From Takakia lepidozioides (lineage: Eukaryota > Plantae > Bryophyta), in the NCBI GenBank assembly GCA_030704615.1, contig CM060731.1, forward strand, positions 79,732,001-79,796,000: a DNA stretch of 64,000 nucleotides, given 5' to 3'. The notes below the pieces were generated by a model. The model ran no database searches. It was not told the origin of the DNA and was given only the letters and a program-made list of their open reading frames with translations. Of the stretch, positions 48,801 through 61,401 are shown one piece after another. The position numbers were made by a program, and so were the translations under genes. Position 1 is the first letter of the stretch; the number at the start of each line of letters is the position of its first letter.

Positions 48801-51541
48801 AGTTCAAGAAACTCATACGTGGGAAGAAGTTCCGGGTGAGGATGATGACAAAAGCTGTGGCGCAATGTGCCGACTTCTCTAGACTTCCTTGTGATATCCT
48901 TGTCTCAACTCCACTGCGGTTGGATGCTCTCTTGAAAGACCACAAGATTAACCTTAGCAGGTCTGACACTACGAACCTGATCAGCCTGTGTGACTTTTTC
49001 ATCACTTGATGTTTCATTGTAAGGATGAGACAGAACTATGTTTGGACATCTAAGGGGAGTAACCCTTTGCAAGATCCTCATGAGTTTGAGCAATGTATTG
49101 TTAACTTCTGTTCGCATTGGTGGCACTGGAAAGCTGCCTGAAAATAATGGCTTGTACTGCCACCAAGGTTGTATGTTGACCTGCTCCATGTCTTGACGAG
49201 ATTACCTACTGGGCTTTGCTGATTTGATTTGTCATGGAAGAGTTGCATTATTTTGGTCGCAGAGTGGAGCATTTGGTCATGGATGAATCAGATAAGCTAT
49301 TTGAGATGGGATTTGTGGAGCAGATTGATGCAGTTGTAGCAGCTTGCATCCACCCAACCATCACACGGGCCCTCTTTAGTGCCACATTGCCAGATTCTGT
49401 TGAAGAACTGGCACGTTCCATAATGCATGATGCTGTCCGTATTGTCATTGGGGAAAGGTAAGAGGTACTATCTAAGTGAATGTGAGCTTGCTAGAAAGTA
49501 GATGAGTCCAGCGATATGCACTTCTTACTATGTTCTATTTAAGAATTTCAATGTGTTTTTCCCGCTTCAGCTCTGCAGTTATGTCTGACTAGGATGACAC
49601 TCTCTGGTGCTGGTTTTGGATTGTGATTTACTTTCCTTGGCAAGTTCTGCATCTTTTACCAGCACTAAAGCAAATGATCAACCTACTCCTTGAGAGTTGT
49701 AGGCCATCTACACATTGCTCTCGTGTTAAATAAGGATGCTACATAGACCGGGTGGATCTTACCAACCCGTGGCTAGAGATGGTGGCCTTGGTGTTAAATG
49801 GTCCTCTCCACATATGACTCTGTATAGTTGTCAGTCAATATTGGGGTATTTAAGTTGTAATTTTTGGGTGCAGGAATTCAGCATCAGAAACTATCAGGCA
49901 GAGGTTGATTTTTGTTGGCAACGAGGAAGGGAAGCTTCTTGCACTGCGCCAGATTTTCAACCAGGTTTGTCCTTGTTATTTGAGAAGTATGGGGTCATCT
50001 ATCTGTGCTTATGTGGCCTTGGCTTGGTGGTTGGTGAGGAGCATGGCTTGATGATGATCAAATGCAGACGGGCGGACTGAATTGATGCCGTGTTGATTGT
50101 CTGTCGTTAATCTCAACATCTTGGTGTTGTATGATTCTGAAAGTCTTGCCCTCATAGCCTGACTATGGTTTCCTCCCTGTTGAAATTTGTCAGATCAGGG
50201 TTCATTAGCTCTTGTATCCAGATGCTAGTTCCGATGTGCAAGAGGGGTTCTGGCAAATGATGATCAACATCTTATTCTGCACCCTGAAATTACTCTGTGG
50301 ATATAGTAATTTACCTCTGACAAGCTGATGCTCAATCCCTCTCATTGCATGGGTTAACATAGTATGTTCATGACAAGAACATAGCAGTTCTAGCTTACAT
50401 TCACAAGCTATCTTATAGTTCATGTTGTCTAGCAGGTAATGATTGACATCTTATTCTACACTCTGAATTGCTTGTGGATGCAAATTTTTACCTCTTAACA
50501 ATCTGATGCACAAAGCTTGTTTGGCATTCACCATTGCAAGCGGTCCAGCCATATAGATTTCTTTGTTACTTGATCTTTGAATATCACGAACAAATTGTTA
50601 CTGACACCATATTTCCTATGCTTACTGACACCATATTTCAAAGTTCTGCTGCCCTTCAGAAATGTTGTGCTCTTATCAGTCGGAATATGTTTTCATGGTT
50701 TGGTCTCAACTTGGCCTGTACTAATTGCTCTGCAGAGTCTGCAGCCTCCAGTGTTGTTATTTGTACAAAGCAAGGACCGTGCTAAGCAGCTTCATAGAGA
50801 GTTAGCATATGATGACATCAATGTGGACATCATTCATGCTGATCGAACTAAGGCCCAGGTAGAGAGATTTGATTGACGATGTAAATGTGCAACATCAATT
50901 TGCTATCTGCAGTCTCTTAAAGTTGGTTGTCTTGAAATCTTGAGAATTGGTGGTTTATGTACTATGAACAACTAAGACTGTAGTTGGCTTCTAATTGCAT
51001 GGTGTTCTCTCCTCAGAGAGATGCTGCAGTGGAGAAGTTCAGAGAAGGAAAGACTTGGGTACTTGTTACAACAGATTTGTTGGGGCGCGGCATGGATTTC
51101 AAGGGTGTCAACTGTGTGATCAACTATGATTTCCCGCAGACAATTTCTTCGTACATTCATCGAATAGGTGCGTGCACTGGTTTGCCACAAGCTGTTTCTC
51201 AGACTGATAAAGTATATTATTGGGCACATTTTGATAGTTACTCTGTGTTTTTGGTAAGTGTGACTTCTCCTACCTGGTGCGCAGGTAGAAGTGGAAGAGC
51301 AGGGAGGCCTGGTCAAGCAATCACCCTCTACACAGAAGATGATGTGCCCTTGCTGCGATCCATAGCCCATGTGATGTCCGCCTCTGGCTGTGAAGTTCCT
51401 TTATGGATGATCACTCTGCCCAAAACCTCAAAACGAAAACATACTCCAGTACGAAGTTCTATAAGCATGAGGCCTGGAGCAGCTCCTCAGGTCTGGAAAG
51501 GGAAGAAGCTCAATAAACCCAAACCATCTTCGACACTTTGA
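45870..51541 (+). CDS. RH57: DEAD-box RNA helicase, RH57/ROK1/DDX52 type
   Basis: [13 protein letters not shown]-terminus, Q motif [14 protein letters not shown] (~47500), [42 protein letters not shown]; GT-AG exons. Confidence 0.9.
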
Positions 51542-52008
51542 GGTATTCTAATCGCTGGATGGGGAAGAAGCCTTGGATCTTTGCTGATTCAAAACATTTT
51601 ATGGAAGTTACCTTTCTTCCACACTGCTGCCTGAGAGTAATCAGCAGAAATTTCTACAGTGGGGGTGTAGAGACTCTTTAGAGATTTGTATAAGTTAACT
51701 TGGTTTATTACATGCTTTGAATACCTTGGGAAGTAAAGTAAAAGTGCACTCCCATAGGGCGACCTACAGTGTAAATACCCCTTGCCATGCTCCTCAAACT
51801 GGTTTGTAGTCAATAGGGAGTTACTGGATCTGTCCCTTAAAGATAAAGCACATGGAGGGTTGAAACTCTGCAAAAGTAAAGTCCATGTTTGTCTTTAAAT
51901 TATATTTTATGTATACTGCGTTTCATATCTGATAGAAATGTTTGCTCAAATGTGAAAAATATGTATTGACATGGGAAGCCTTATGCTCTACATCACATTC
52001 CTCCACCG

Positions 52009-52080
52009 ACAACTTTACTATTAACAAACTTTACTATTAACAACTTTACTATTAACAACTTTACTACTAACTACTATTAC
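52009..52080. repeat. Short tandem repeat (CAACTTTACTATTAA)n, ~15-bp unit
   Basis: About four copies, read directly. Confidence 0.85.
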
Positions 52081-53299
52081 CTAATTCCAAGTATATAGAC
52101 GTTTCCGCCCGAAGGTTGTGACAGAATGCTTTAGACCTGTAACCAAACAACCACATGCGACTTCCTCGGAATACTTCTTTGTTGTACCAGTGTATTTCAT
52201 TATGCCACTACATTCATTAGTTGTGCTCACCCTTCTTGGTCTCATAGGTTTGAGCAATGTTGTGGCACTAAGCACCAATTGCTGCGGGAGCTCTGATTAC
52301 AATAATGCGGGGAACCATGGAGCATTGCAATAGTTGGTGATCGTCATCAACGATATCAACCCCAATTGCTTTACAACAATAAAAGACAAATTACACGCGG
52401 CGCTTTCAAGGAACAATTCGTTTGTCTTCTGCCTCTATCTAGTGTGGAGTTTCCCGGGCACAAGGTACTCTCTGGGGCTCCGTTGAATTCGGCCAGACAC
52501 CACTCCTGCTCATGTTGGCCATTTTGACGTTTGGGAAGGTGGGCTTCACATAGACCCGGAATGCGACCCAGTGGAATCCGATGTTATCCACAATTATGTG
52601 GACTCGTCACAGACATTGAAAAAAACAGGCGGCATTCCATGGACAGGTGCTCGGGAGAAGTCGCCCGCTCTCATGCAGACCTTGATTGAGACATGCAGCC
52701 GGCATGCTTCAAACTCTCTGCTTCAGACTCTCGGGGGGGGGGGGGGTGTTGTTTGCTGTGTAACTTTAAAATGGACAATTGGCATGGATAATCATTGCGG
52801 GTCCTTGGCCCTGTTAGAGGAACCTCTGCATGGATCCCACGTATCCATGGGTGTCAGTTGGTGTTCGACCAACATCGGGGTCGTTAGGGAATGGGCTGCG
52901 GATTTGTCCGTAGGAATTATGTGAGTGTCAGAAAATTGAACGCACAGTCAATATTTGGAATTCTTTACAGCTGTTTCTGTGGTGGCGAAATGCTACATGA
53001 TTATCATGAGAATCATAGAACACAGGAAGTACATTGTGCGAAGATAAGTAGTATCCACACACTAGAGGTGTCATCGTGGCCTGCTGCATCACATTGTCCA
53101 GTGCCCCTAATCCCAGTTCATGCAGGCAATGTCTCCCACCTCAGACGTGGCAATATTGTACTGCCCTCTGCAAGCCGAGTACCGTAGCCGACGACAATGG
53201 GCTGGCCGTTGTTGAGGAAGATTTGATTTGCATAACATTCTGCTTTGAGTCAGGGACCATCCACGTGGTCAGAGAGGTGTACGATAGTAGTGGGAAGGT

Positions 53300-55792
53300 C
53301 GAGGGAGCATAGGTCCAGAAGGTGCATAATCGCAATGGTCGCAGAGAGTGGAGAGTTTATGGCAGCAAGCAAAGGCTTCCTGCAAAAACATCTGCTGGGG
53401 GAATAACAGGAGACGACGACTAAGTTTGATAGTACATCGCTTGACTCTGTAATGGACCATTTCTCAACATTGGCCTCTCCAAATGCTCGTTATCAAATCA
53501 ACGTCCTTAGGACTGGGGCAGGCAGGCAACAGAGGATACGTGGATAGCATCCTAGAATTGAAGCACAAAAGCCGATACGACTTCATGCGGGACGGTGTTT
53601 TCCCAGGGCAGGGGTCCCAAAAAGTATACTTATTCAAGATGTCCACAGTTGGGGAGGGTTTTGGAGGTAGCCTGGTGCGTAGAATGCAGGCCGGAGGCGA
53701 TCTGCACAAATCCTAGATAATGTTTGATCACGTGAAGCGAGTGAAGGATTGGACGACCATGGCCTGTCATGTGTATGATCCTACATACCAGTGAGTTATG
53801 ACTATTGCTGTTTGTGACATGTAGTTGGAGGACACAAAGTCCCAAATTCTTATGTGGAAGGCTCTGGTTAACGTCATGCGAGTTCATGGTGTGCCAGATG
53901 CAAATTTCACAAGGTTTATGGCTGACAGTGCACAAGCTAATTGGAATGTTGTGCGGACTGTGTTTGGCTCTGGTGACCCCAAAATACCAATGCAAGGCCG
54001 GGAATGCACTTGCCTCTTTCATTGGACCCAGTCCCTTCGACGGCTCACAAAGAATTCCATAAAATTGGAGTTGCAAGAGGAGCATCTGCGACTTTGCCGT
54101 CTTTATAAAGATGCCACGACAGAGTGGGAAGCAAATGTCATGTTTCAGACTATCAGAGCATGGTGGTACTCCTTTGAGGCGGCGAGTCTGGATGGAATCA
54201 AAGAGCTGGAAGACTGGTTGGGCTTTTGGCACTTCAGATTCAGACAGTGGGGTGCCTTCATGACCGCAGTAAGTTGAAATCATACTACCATGACTCTCCT
54301 TTCTTCTTAGACATAAGGGGGGTATATGCACCAGCGTCCATGCCGTCCAGTCCAGTTCGAATGCTACTCCACATAACAGTGGCATGTGTGTAATTACCTG
54401 CAGAATATATCACTGGAAGACATTGCGGATATGCCATCCTGCAATCTGGCGGAGACTATTCATAGTATGTGGATGGCGCAATCAGGTAAGAATGGTCGGA
54501 ACCTTTATGTTGCAACTGCAGATGACCTGGTCCACGCGCTTTCGCAACAAACAAAGTACCGAGACTTCCTGAGGGGACGGGTTGCTGGTAAGGGGCTGGA
54601 CAGGGCAGAGTTGCTGCTCAAGACTGCAAACAGATCCAAGCATCCAGCAACAATGGCGCGTGCTGTTAGCGAGTACACAAATGGAACACCTTTGCAATCC
54701 AGGCTTCACATCTGGAAGGTGAGGAAAGATTCGGATCATGCAAGCGCAAACTAGACACCCCTCCAGGATCGGCAGGTGACTCCTATCGGCATGATAGAGA
54801 CAATTTCTCCATACCTCGTGTGCCTGTGCCACCCAATTTTGGATCTAGCACTCCATTTGTGGGTGCATGTTCTTCTGCATTTTTCAATGCAACATATGCC
54901 ACAGTTCCAGCACGGGGAGAAGGACGGACGGTGCTACCGGTCGAAGAGACCGATTGTGGTGATGCAATGTGGCACATTGAACGGACTCCAAAAGGATTGA
55001 AAATTGGTTATTCTGCTATCAGGGCCTTGTCTTTTGTGAAGTGCACAAGTAAGATTTGTAGAGGCGCCGGCGATACTCCGGCCCCGACTTTCACAAGTTT
55101 GTTCAAATTTACTCAGCGCGGGATCAGTCTAGACCTCACAAGTTTTGGTTCTGCCCCAACGACATGAGCGTTGTGTGATGGGGACTTGTCGGGATTCAGT
55201 CATCAGCAAGCCTATCATCCCTGTCGTGTGGCCAGTCAAGGTCAGGACATCTCTCTCCGAACAAGAGATTGACATGTTGGAGGATGTTGGGTTTCGACTT
55301 CCAAGAGGGCCAACAGTCCTAACACCAACATCATCGCGGGGTATGGCATCCGCATTCCCTGCACGTCCACCGCATGGGAACGACTGGCCAACGAAAAGGA
55401 ATGGAAAACCGGTTCGTTGTGTTGAGGCAGGTGCAGATAACCAGTGCAAAATTGAGTCTGCTAGAACCCTGCAGTGTCGGGTTACCCAAATTGTGAATGT
55501 CCCCCCTCCAGGCTATGGGCGGGTGTACAGTATGATGACAACGGGATCTGTTCTTCATGACAAGACTTATAAGATTACTATTGGCAATTTTCCAAATTGC
55601 ACATGCCCGGACTTCGACAACACGATATCAAGCTCCATTGGAAAGAGAGGGAAATTTGTCCCATGCAAACATCTTTACTACATCTACATTCACATGATGT
55701 TTTGTGATCCTCAACGAGACACGTGCATTCACCAATGCACAATGGGTCCCAGTGACGTTCAGACACTTCTGCAGCGAGATAGGTATAGTTGA
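53300..55792 (+). pseudogene. Mutator-like (MULE) DDE transposase with C-terminal SWIM zinc finger, decayed
   Basis: MFDHVKRV (D, 53726), FMADSAQA (D, 53924), CLFHW (CxxH), intron 54269-54403, NLAETIH (E), SWIM CTCPDF...CKHLYY. Several stops; the 5' limit is unclear. Confidence 0.75.
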
Positions 55793-55946
55793 CATCTGAG
55801 GTGTTCTCTCGGAGTTTTATATTTGTTAATGATTTCACTTTGCTGAATTACTTTGAAATTTTGTAATGGCTTCACTTTCGCGAGTTCACCAATGTTTTTA
55901 AATTGATCCACTTTGTTCAATGACATCAAAATCTTCTCCATTTTTG

Positions 55947-55948
<2 letters not shown>

Positions 55949-55979
<31 letters not shown>
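55949..55979. repeat. Poly(T)31 tract
   Basis: Read directly from the sequence. Confidence 0.9.
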
Positions 55980-56560
55980 CTCGTGTTGGGTGAAATTCTC
56001 ATGTCCCAACAGGGCAAGGGATTAAGATGTTGTTGACGACACCTTAATGCCTGCTTCCTTGAACAGGATTAAGCTCCCCCCTATGTTTTTTTCCAGGGGC
56101 GATTGTGTTTATGGGGAGATGTTCATGGGTTCATTTGTCATGCTGAGCATGCGATTTAAGGTGTCGTTGACGACACCTTAATGCCTAGTTCCCTACACTT
56201 GTTGATCCCTGAGGAGACATGTTCATACAGTCGTCCATAGTCCCCTCATCTGGACAACTTTTCATCCGTCACTCATCCAATGTTCATCCATTCCATTTTA
56301 CGTCCATCCAAATACATTCATCCGTGAATGTTTCATCGTGCATTCGTGCTACATTGTCGCCATGGAGCCTGTCTGTCTTCTTGCCGATGGAGCGGAGATT
56401 GCATCGTTGCAGTGCGTCCACGGCAATAGGCCCACTTGTTCCCTCGGTTTTGGGGTCCGCATCAGAAAATCTGCTCACATTTTCAAAATGTTCACGCTTC
56501 GGAGAATCTGTTCACGCATAAAGAAATCTGCTCACAGGTTCTGCTCACGGCTTTGCTACC

Positions 56561-59500
56561 CTCACCGCCCTTCCATCTCACGAAATACTCCGTTTCTCGA
56601 GTCTTGAACCTCCTCGACTTAAGCACTGCCTCCACCTCGTACTCAGGTTCATTTTCATGATCCAACAGCACAGGTGGCGGACGCAACACTTGATGCCGAT
56701 TCGGATGCGCTTCATCTTTGAAGTAAGGCTTCAAAAGGGAAATGTGGAATATTGGATGCACCTTGCTGTCTACCGGCAGCTCCAATTCATACACATCCTC
56801 ATTCATAACCTTCTGAATACGAAAGGGTCCCACATACGGAGGTACGAACTTCGAACTCACTTCCGAAGGTAGTCGAAAATTCTTGATGTTCAACCAGACC
56901 TCCGTGCCTGCCTCAAATTTAACTTCCCTCCGCTTCCGATTAGCCTGCCATTCATAATGTTTCCTAGCTTTGGCAATGTTATACTTTGCGAGCTCCAACA
57001 AACGCTCACGTTCTTCCAACACCGCTACTGCTGCCGGCTCTTCACCGTCCCGGGCGGCCCAACTTGTCGGCACCAGGGGTGCTTTTCCATTGACCAATAC
57101 GAAAAGGGAAGCTCCTATTGTGGAGTATTCTGTGTTATTATAGCATAACTCTGCCGCATCCAAGTGCTCCACCCAGTCCGACTGGTCTGCCGACACATAA
57201 TTCCGCAAGATATGCTTAACCACGGAGTTCACTCTTTCCGTCTGGCCGTCTGTTGTAGGTCGGAAGGCCGTGCTCATCTTGAGCCTCGTCCCCATTTTCT
57301 TCCAAAGTGCCCTCCAAAACTTACTTGTAAACTTTGGATCACGGTCTGAAACAATGTTCTTCGGGAGTCCATGATGCTTGAAAACGTGGGCGAAGAAAAG
57401 TCGCCCTGTCTCCTGCGCCGTTGCCGTCTCCTTGGTAGGGATGAAATGGCCCATTTTACTGAACCCATCCACCACCACCATGATTGCATCGAATCCTTTT
57501 GACAGCGGCAAAGCAGTCATGAAATCCATCGAGACACTTTCCCAAGACCCCTCTGGAATCGACACAGGTTGTAACAGCCCCGCTTGCTTTTTGTATTCGC
57601 TCCGGTTTTGCTGGCATGTGGTGCATGTCTTGACATATTCCTCGGCCTCCTCCCTTAGTTTGGGCCAGAAATACTCTTTCTTCAAGAGCGTCGCAGTGCG
57701 TTTGGCTCCGCCATGGCCCGCAAGTGGGCTATCATGACATTATTTCAAGAGACCATCTCTGAGCCCTCCCTTCGATACGTAGAGGCGCTTTTGTTTATAC
57801 CGGAGCAGTCCTTTATGGAAGTGGAACTGCGACTTAACCCCCAGCCTCAAGTCCCGCAATATCGACTTTACGAACTCATCATTCCGATAGGCCTTCCAAA
57901 TTTTCCTCTGCAACTCCGTCTCGCCCTCGTACACCAACATGAGTTGTTGCTTTCTACTCAGAGCGTCGGCCACCACATTGTCCCATCCCGGTTTGTACAA
58001 GATATCCACATCGAACACTGCCAAAGTGTCTTGCCACCTAATTTGTTTTGGGGACAACTTAGGCTGTGTGGCAAAATACTTCACCGTGACATTGTCCGTG
58101 AACACCTTCACCGGGTTGAAACCAACATAGTGGCGCCAAAGCTCAAGGCAATGCACCACCGGTTATGATTTCTTTCTCATGCGTAGGCCACCGTCGCTCC
58201 ACTTCATTCAGCTTCTTACTTTCGTAAGCCAGTGGATGTCCATCCTGCATTAGCACACCCCCAATGGCGAAGTTTGACGCATCCGTGTGAATATCAAATA
58301 GACGGTCAAACTCCGGGATCTGCAAGACTGGAGCTTCCGCCATCCGCTGCTTCAACTCGGCAAAAGCTTGGCCACAAAAAGTGTTCCATACCCATACCTT
58401 GGACTTACACAGAAGGTCTGACAGCGGCCCCGTGATCTTAGCAAATTTCTCACATACTTTCGGTAGTAGGAGGCGAGTCCCAGAAAGGATCGCACTCCCG
58501 GGATCGAAGTCGGAGGTTCCCAGTCCAAGATCGCCTTCACCTTTCTGTCATCCATTTTGATCCCTCATGTGTAATCACATCCCCTAGGAACTCCACTTTC
58601 GTGACCCTGAATTTACACTTTGAATCCTCGGTCTTCTCCTCATCTCTTTCCGCCACTCAGATTTGATGGTAACCTGAGCGCAAATTGATCCGGTTGAAAT
58701 ACGTTGCTCCTAACCGATCAAAGAGGTCGTCGATCCTGGGCAAAGGGTACCGGTTTTTTATAGTCACCTTATTCAGAGCCCTGTAATCGACACACATCCG
58801 CAGCGTCCCATCCTTCTTGTCTGCGAATAGCACCAGGGCTCCGTAAGGTGACTTACTCGGCCGGATGTACCCCTTTGACATTAGATCCTTGAGCTGGGCC
58901 TTCAGCTCGACCAACTCTCTGTGGCTCAACCGGTAGGGCGCCTTAGCAGGCGGCTCCGATCTTGGTATCACCTCTATCTTGTGGTCAACTCCTCTTCGCG
59001 GTGGCAAGCCGCTTGGTAAATCCTCCGGCATCACATCCTGGTATTTCTCCAGGATCCCCTTGATCTAATCTGGGCTAGGCTCCCTATCGACTTCTCCTTC
59101 CACTTGGAGACTGGCCCCTTGCGTAAAGGGAGTCAGTTAATGTTCGTGAGTGGGATAATTTTCGGAACTAACGTGTCGTTGTTGGTGGACACAGGAGCGT
59201 CGCACTCCTTCATGACATCGGCAACAGCACGGAAGCTGGGGCTCCCGACAAGTGATGTGGGGGCCTTTATTGAAGTGCGTTCTGCCAAAAGAGAACCACA
59301 ACTGGCGACGAGGTTGGCGTTCGATGTTCCTCTTCAGCTCGGGAGTTTGGAAGGACATGAGAACTTCACCATTTGGTAGAGCGATGGAGTGGATCTCATT
59401 TTGGGGATGACCTTTTTGAGCAAATCCGGAGCGGTCATAGATGGCCGCAAGAGAATAGTCACGCTACTGTGTGGGAATGGTGACGAAGTTTTACGGGTGT

Positions 59501-61399
59501 CAGAAACGCCCAACCGAGTGGGAGGGCGAATAAACCTGCTGACAGCAAATGAGTGGGCAGTGGAGGAGCCACACGAGCCCCACTTTTGCTTTACGTGATA
59601 CAACTCACAAGAATAGTTGCCTACCTTGCAAGTCTTGGCGACTACCGCCTCCACCAAGCGGCTGATGGAATCTTCGGATAGCTCCGTGGTCGCCCGAGTC
59701 ATGTTCAATTGTCGGGGTTTCGCGCACTTCTTGGCCATGTGCCCGGGCTCCCCGAAATTAAAGCACACTCCAGCGAAGGTCGCCTTCTGTCCGCCATAAG
59801 CCGCCGCACCTGATTTTTCTTTCGGAGCACCGAGTGCCGCTTTGACGTGTGAAGGCCCTCCCTTCGATTTCCATGTGCCATTGTAGCCGCGTGGCCTATC
59901 CCACTTCTTTTCCGGTCGGAAGGAGTCACCCTCCTGCTGGGCCTTCTTGTGGTTCAGCTCCGTACGGCCTTGTCTTTCGCCCCTAGAGACATCCGAGAAA
60001 CATTCAGCCCTTTCAATTGCCTCGTTGAAAGTCTTAGGTGGCTTCTCCTCCAACTTCCGCTTGGCCCATGGGGCCAGTCCCGCCACAAAAATTTCTGGTT
60101 CCGCCATATCCGCGACTTTGAGCAACAGCATATTGAAAGCTTGAACATATCCCCGAACGTCATCCGTTTGCTTCAAATTCCTCATCTTGTCCCGGGCGAG
60201 CCAGGACGCGTTGAGGGGCACAAATTGTCTTTTCATAAATTCCTTGAACCCACTCCAGCTCAAGGTTTCTGGGTTTGGACCTTGGTCATGAAGGCGTTTC
60301 TGCCACCATTGTTGAGCATAGCCCCTCAAATAGGTGGGAGCCACTTCCACCCGATCCTCGTCACTCAACTTGGCCGCCCGGAAGTACTGCTCCAGCTCCA
60401 AGAGCCAGGTGTTGAGTGCCTTCCGATTTTGGATGCCCTCGAAGGTGTCGGGTTCCTTAGGCTTCACCTTAAAACTTTGTCTTAGTGGAAGTGGCATTAG
60501 GCGCCCTCATCACGTCTTTCAACGTCCCGCCACACTGCGCCAACCCTTCCCAAAAGGCTGCTGGCATGGGAGGCATCTGTTCGTCTGGCGGAGCCTCTGG
60601 GAAGTCCTCGGGCTCCGACTCTCCAAATTCCTCCCGTTCTTGAGCGGCCTCGCTTTCAGAAGCATAAATCGCCTCTTCCATTTGCCGCTTCGGTGACACG
60701 TTGCCCCCACCGGGCTCACTTGGATCATCATCTTTCGGGCCGTTCCGCTTTCGCTTTGTCTTGCCTGACCCCATGATGAGGCCTATCTCAAGGACGATCG
60801 TGTACTGAACTCTAAACTCTGATACCAAGTGTCGCGCACCTCACTTCGGTAAGCTCCCCTTCAAGTCATAGTTACTCGTTTTGATGCGCGCATCTAACTC
60901 CCAAACGGGCAGGCCAACTCGGAGCTTCGGCTGCTCACCGGGACATAATGGTCCCCCTTTGCTCCTCCACAAGACTCTCGCTCACTTTGGGCCTAGTGGA
61001 AATTCCCTTTGGTTGTTGGCAGAGCGGAACAGCTCCCCACACCACCACGAAGACCCTTGACTCCCGGTGATGAGTCGCGGTGAGTCTTGGCCCACCCACC
61101 ACGGCCCCAATGGACCGCGATGAGTCCCAAGACTCCCCACGACTCCCACCACAAGGTCTCCGCCCAATGGTGAGTCCTATGCCACCCCACTAAGATCCAC
61201 TAAGCTACCACCACCTCGCGTGGACCCCCACCGCAACCCGGTGTGCGGGGCTCCACCTAGTGAGTGCCTTTGCCTCCTTGAGTGGCTTGGGCACTCCAGG
61301 GTGCTTCAGCCCCCATACCTATTGTTGCCATTGCCCCCACCACAGGGGTAGCCCCTCTTGTGTCCCGACCCCCTGCCCTCAAGGCAAAGGGCCATGACA
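56561..61399 (-). mobile_element. Chromovirus-type Ty3/gypsy retrotransposon copy 1; 3'-truncated, RT core deleted, protease inverted
   Basis: LTR 60830-61399 (TG..CA); PBS TGGTATCAGAG (tRNA-Met) 60817-60827; gag KPKEPDTFEG; [13 protein letters not shown]; RH TDASNFAIG; IN VSMDF/SDRD/DGQTER; GPF; chromodomain EYEVEAVL...YFVRWKG cut at ~56561. Confidence 0.92.
60830..61399 (-). repeat. LTR of chromovirus copy 1
   Basis: TGTCGCG...CATGACA; homologous to 63114-63830. Confidence 0.85.
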
Positions 61400-61401
61400 T
61401 G

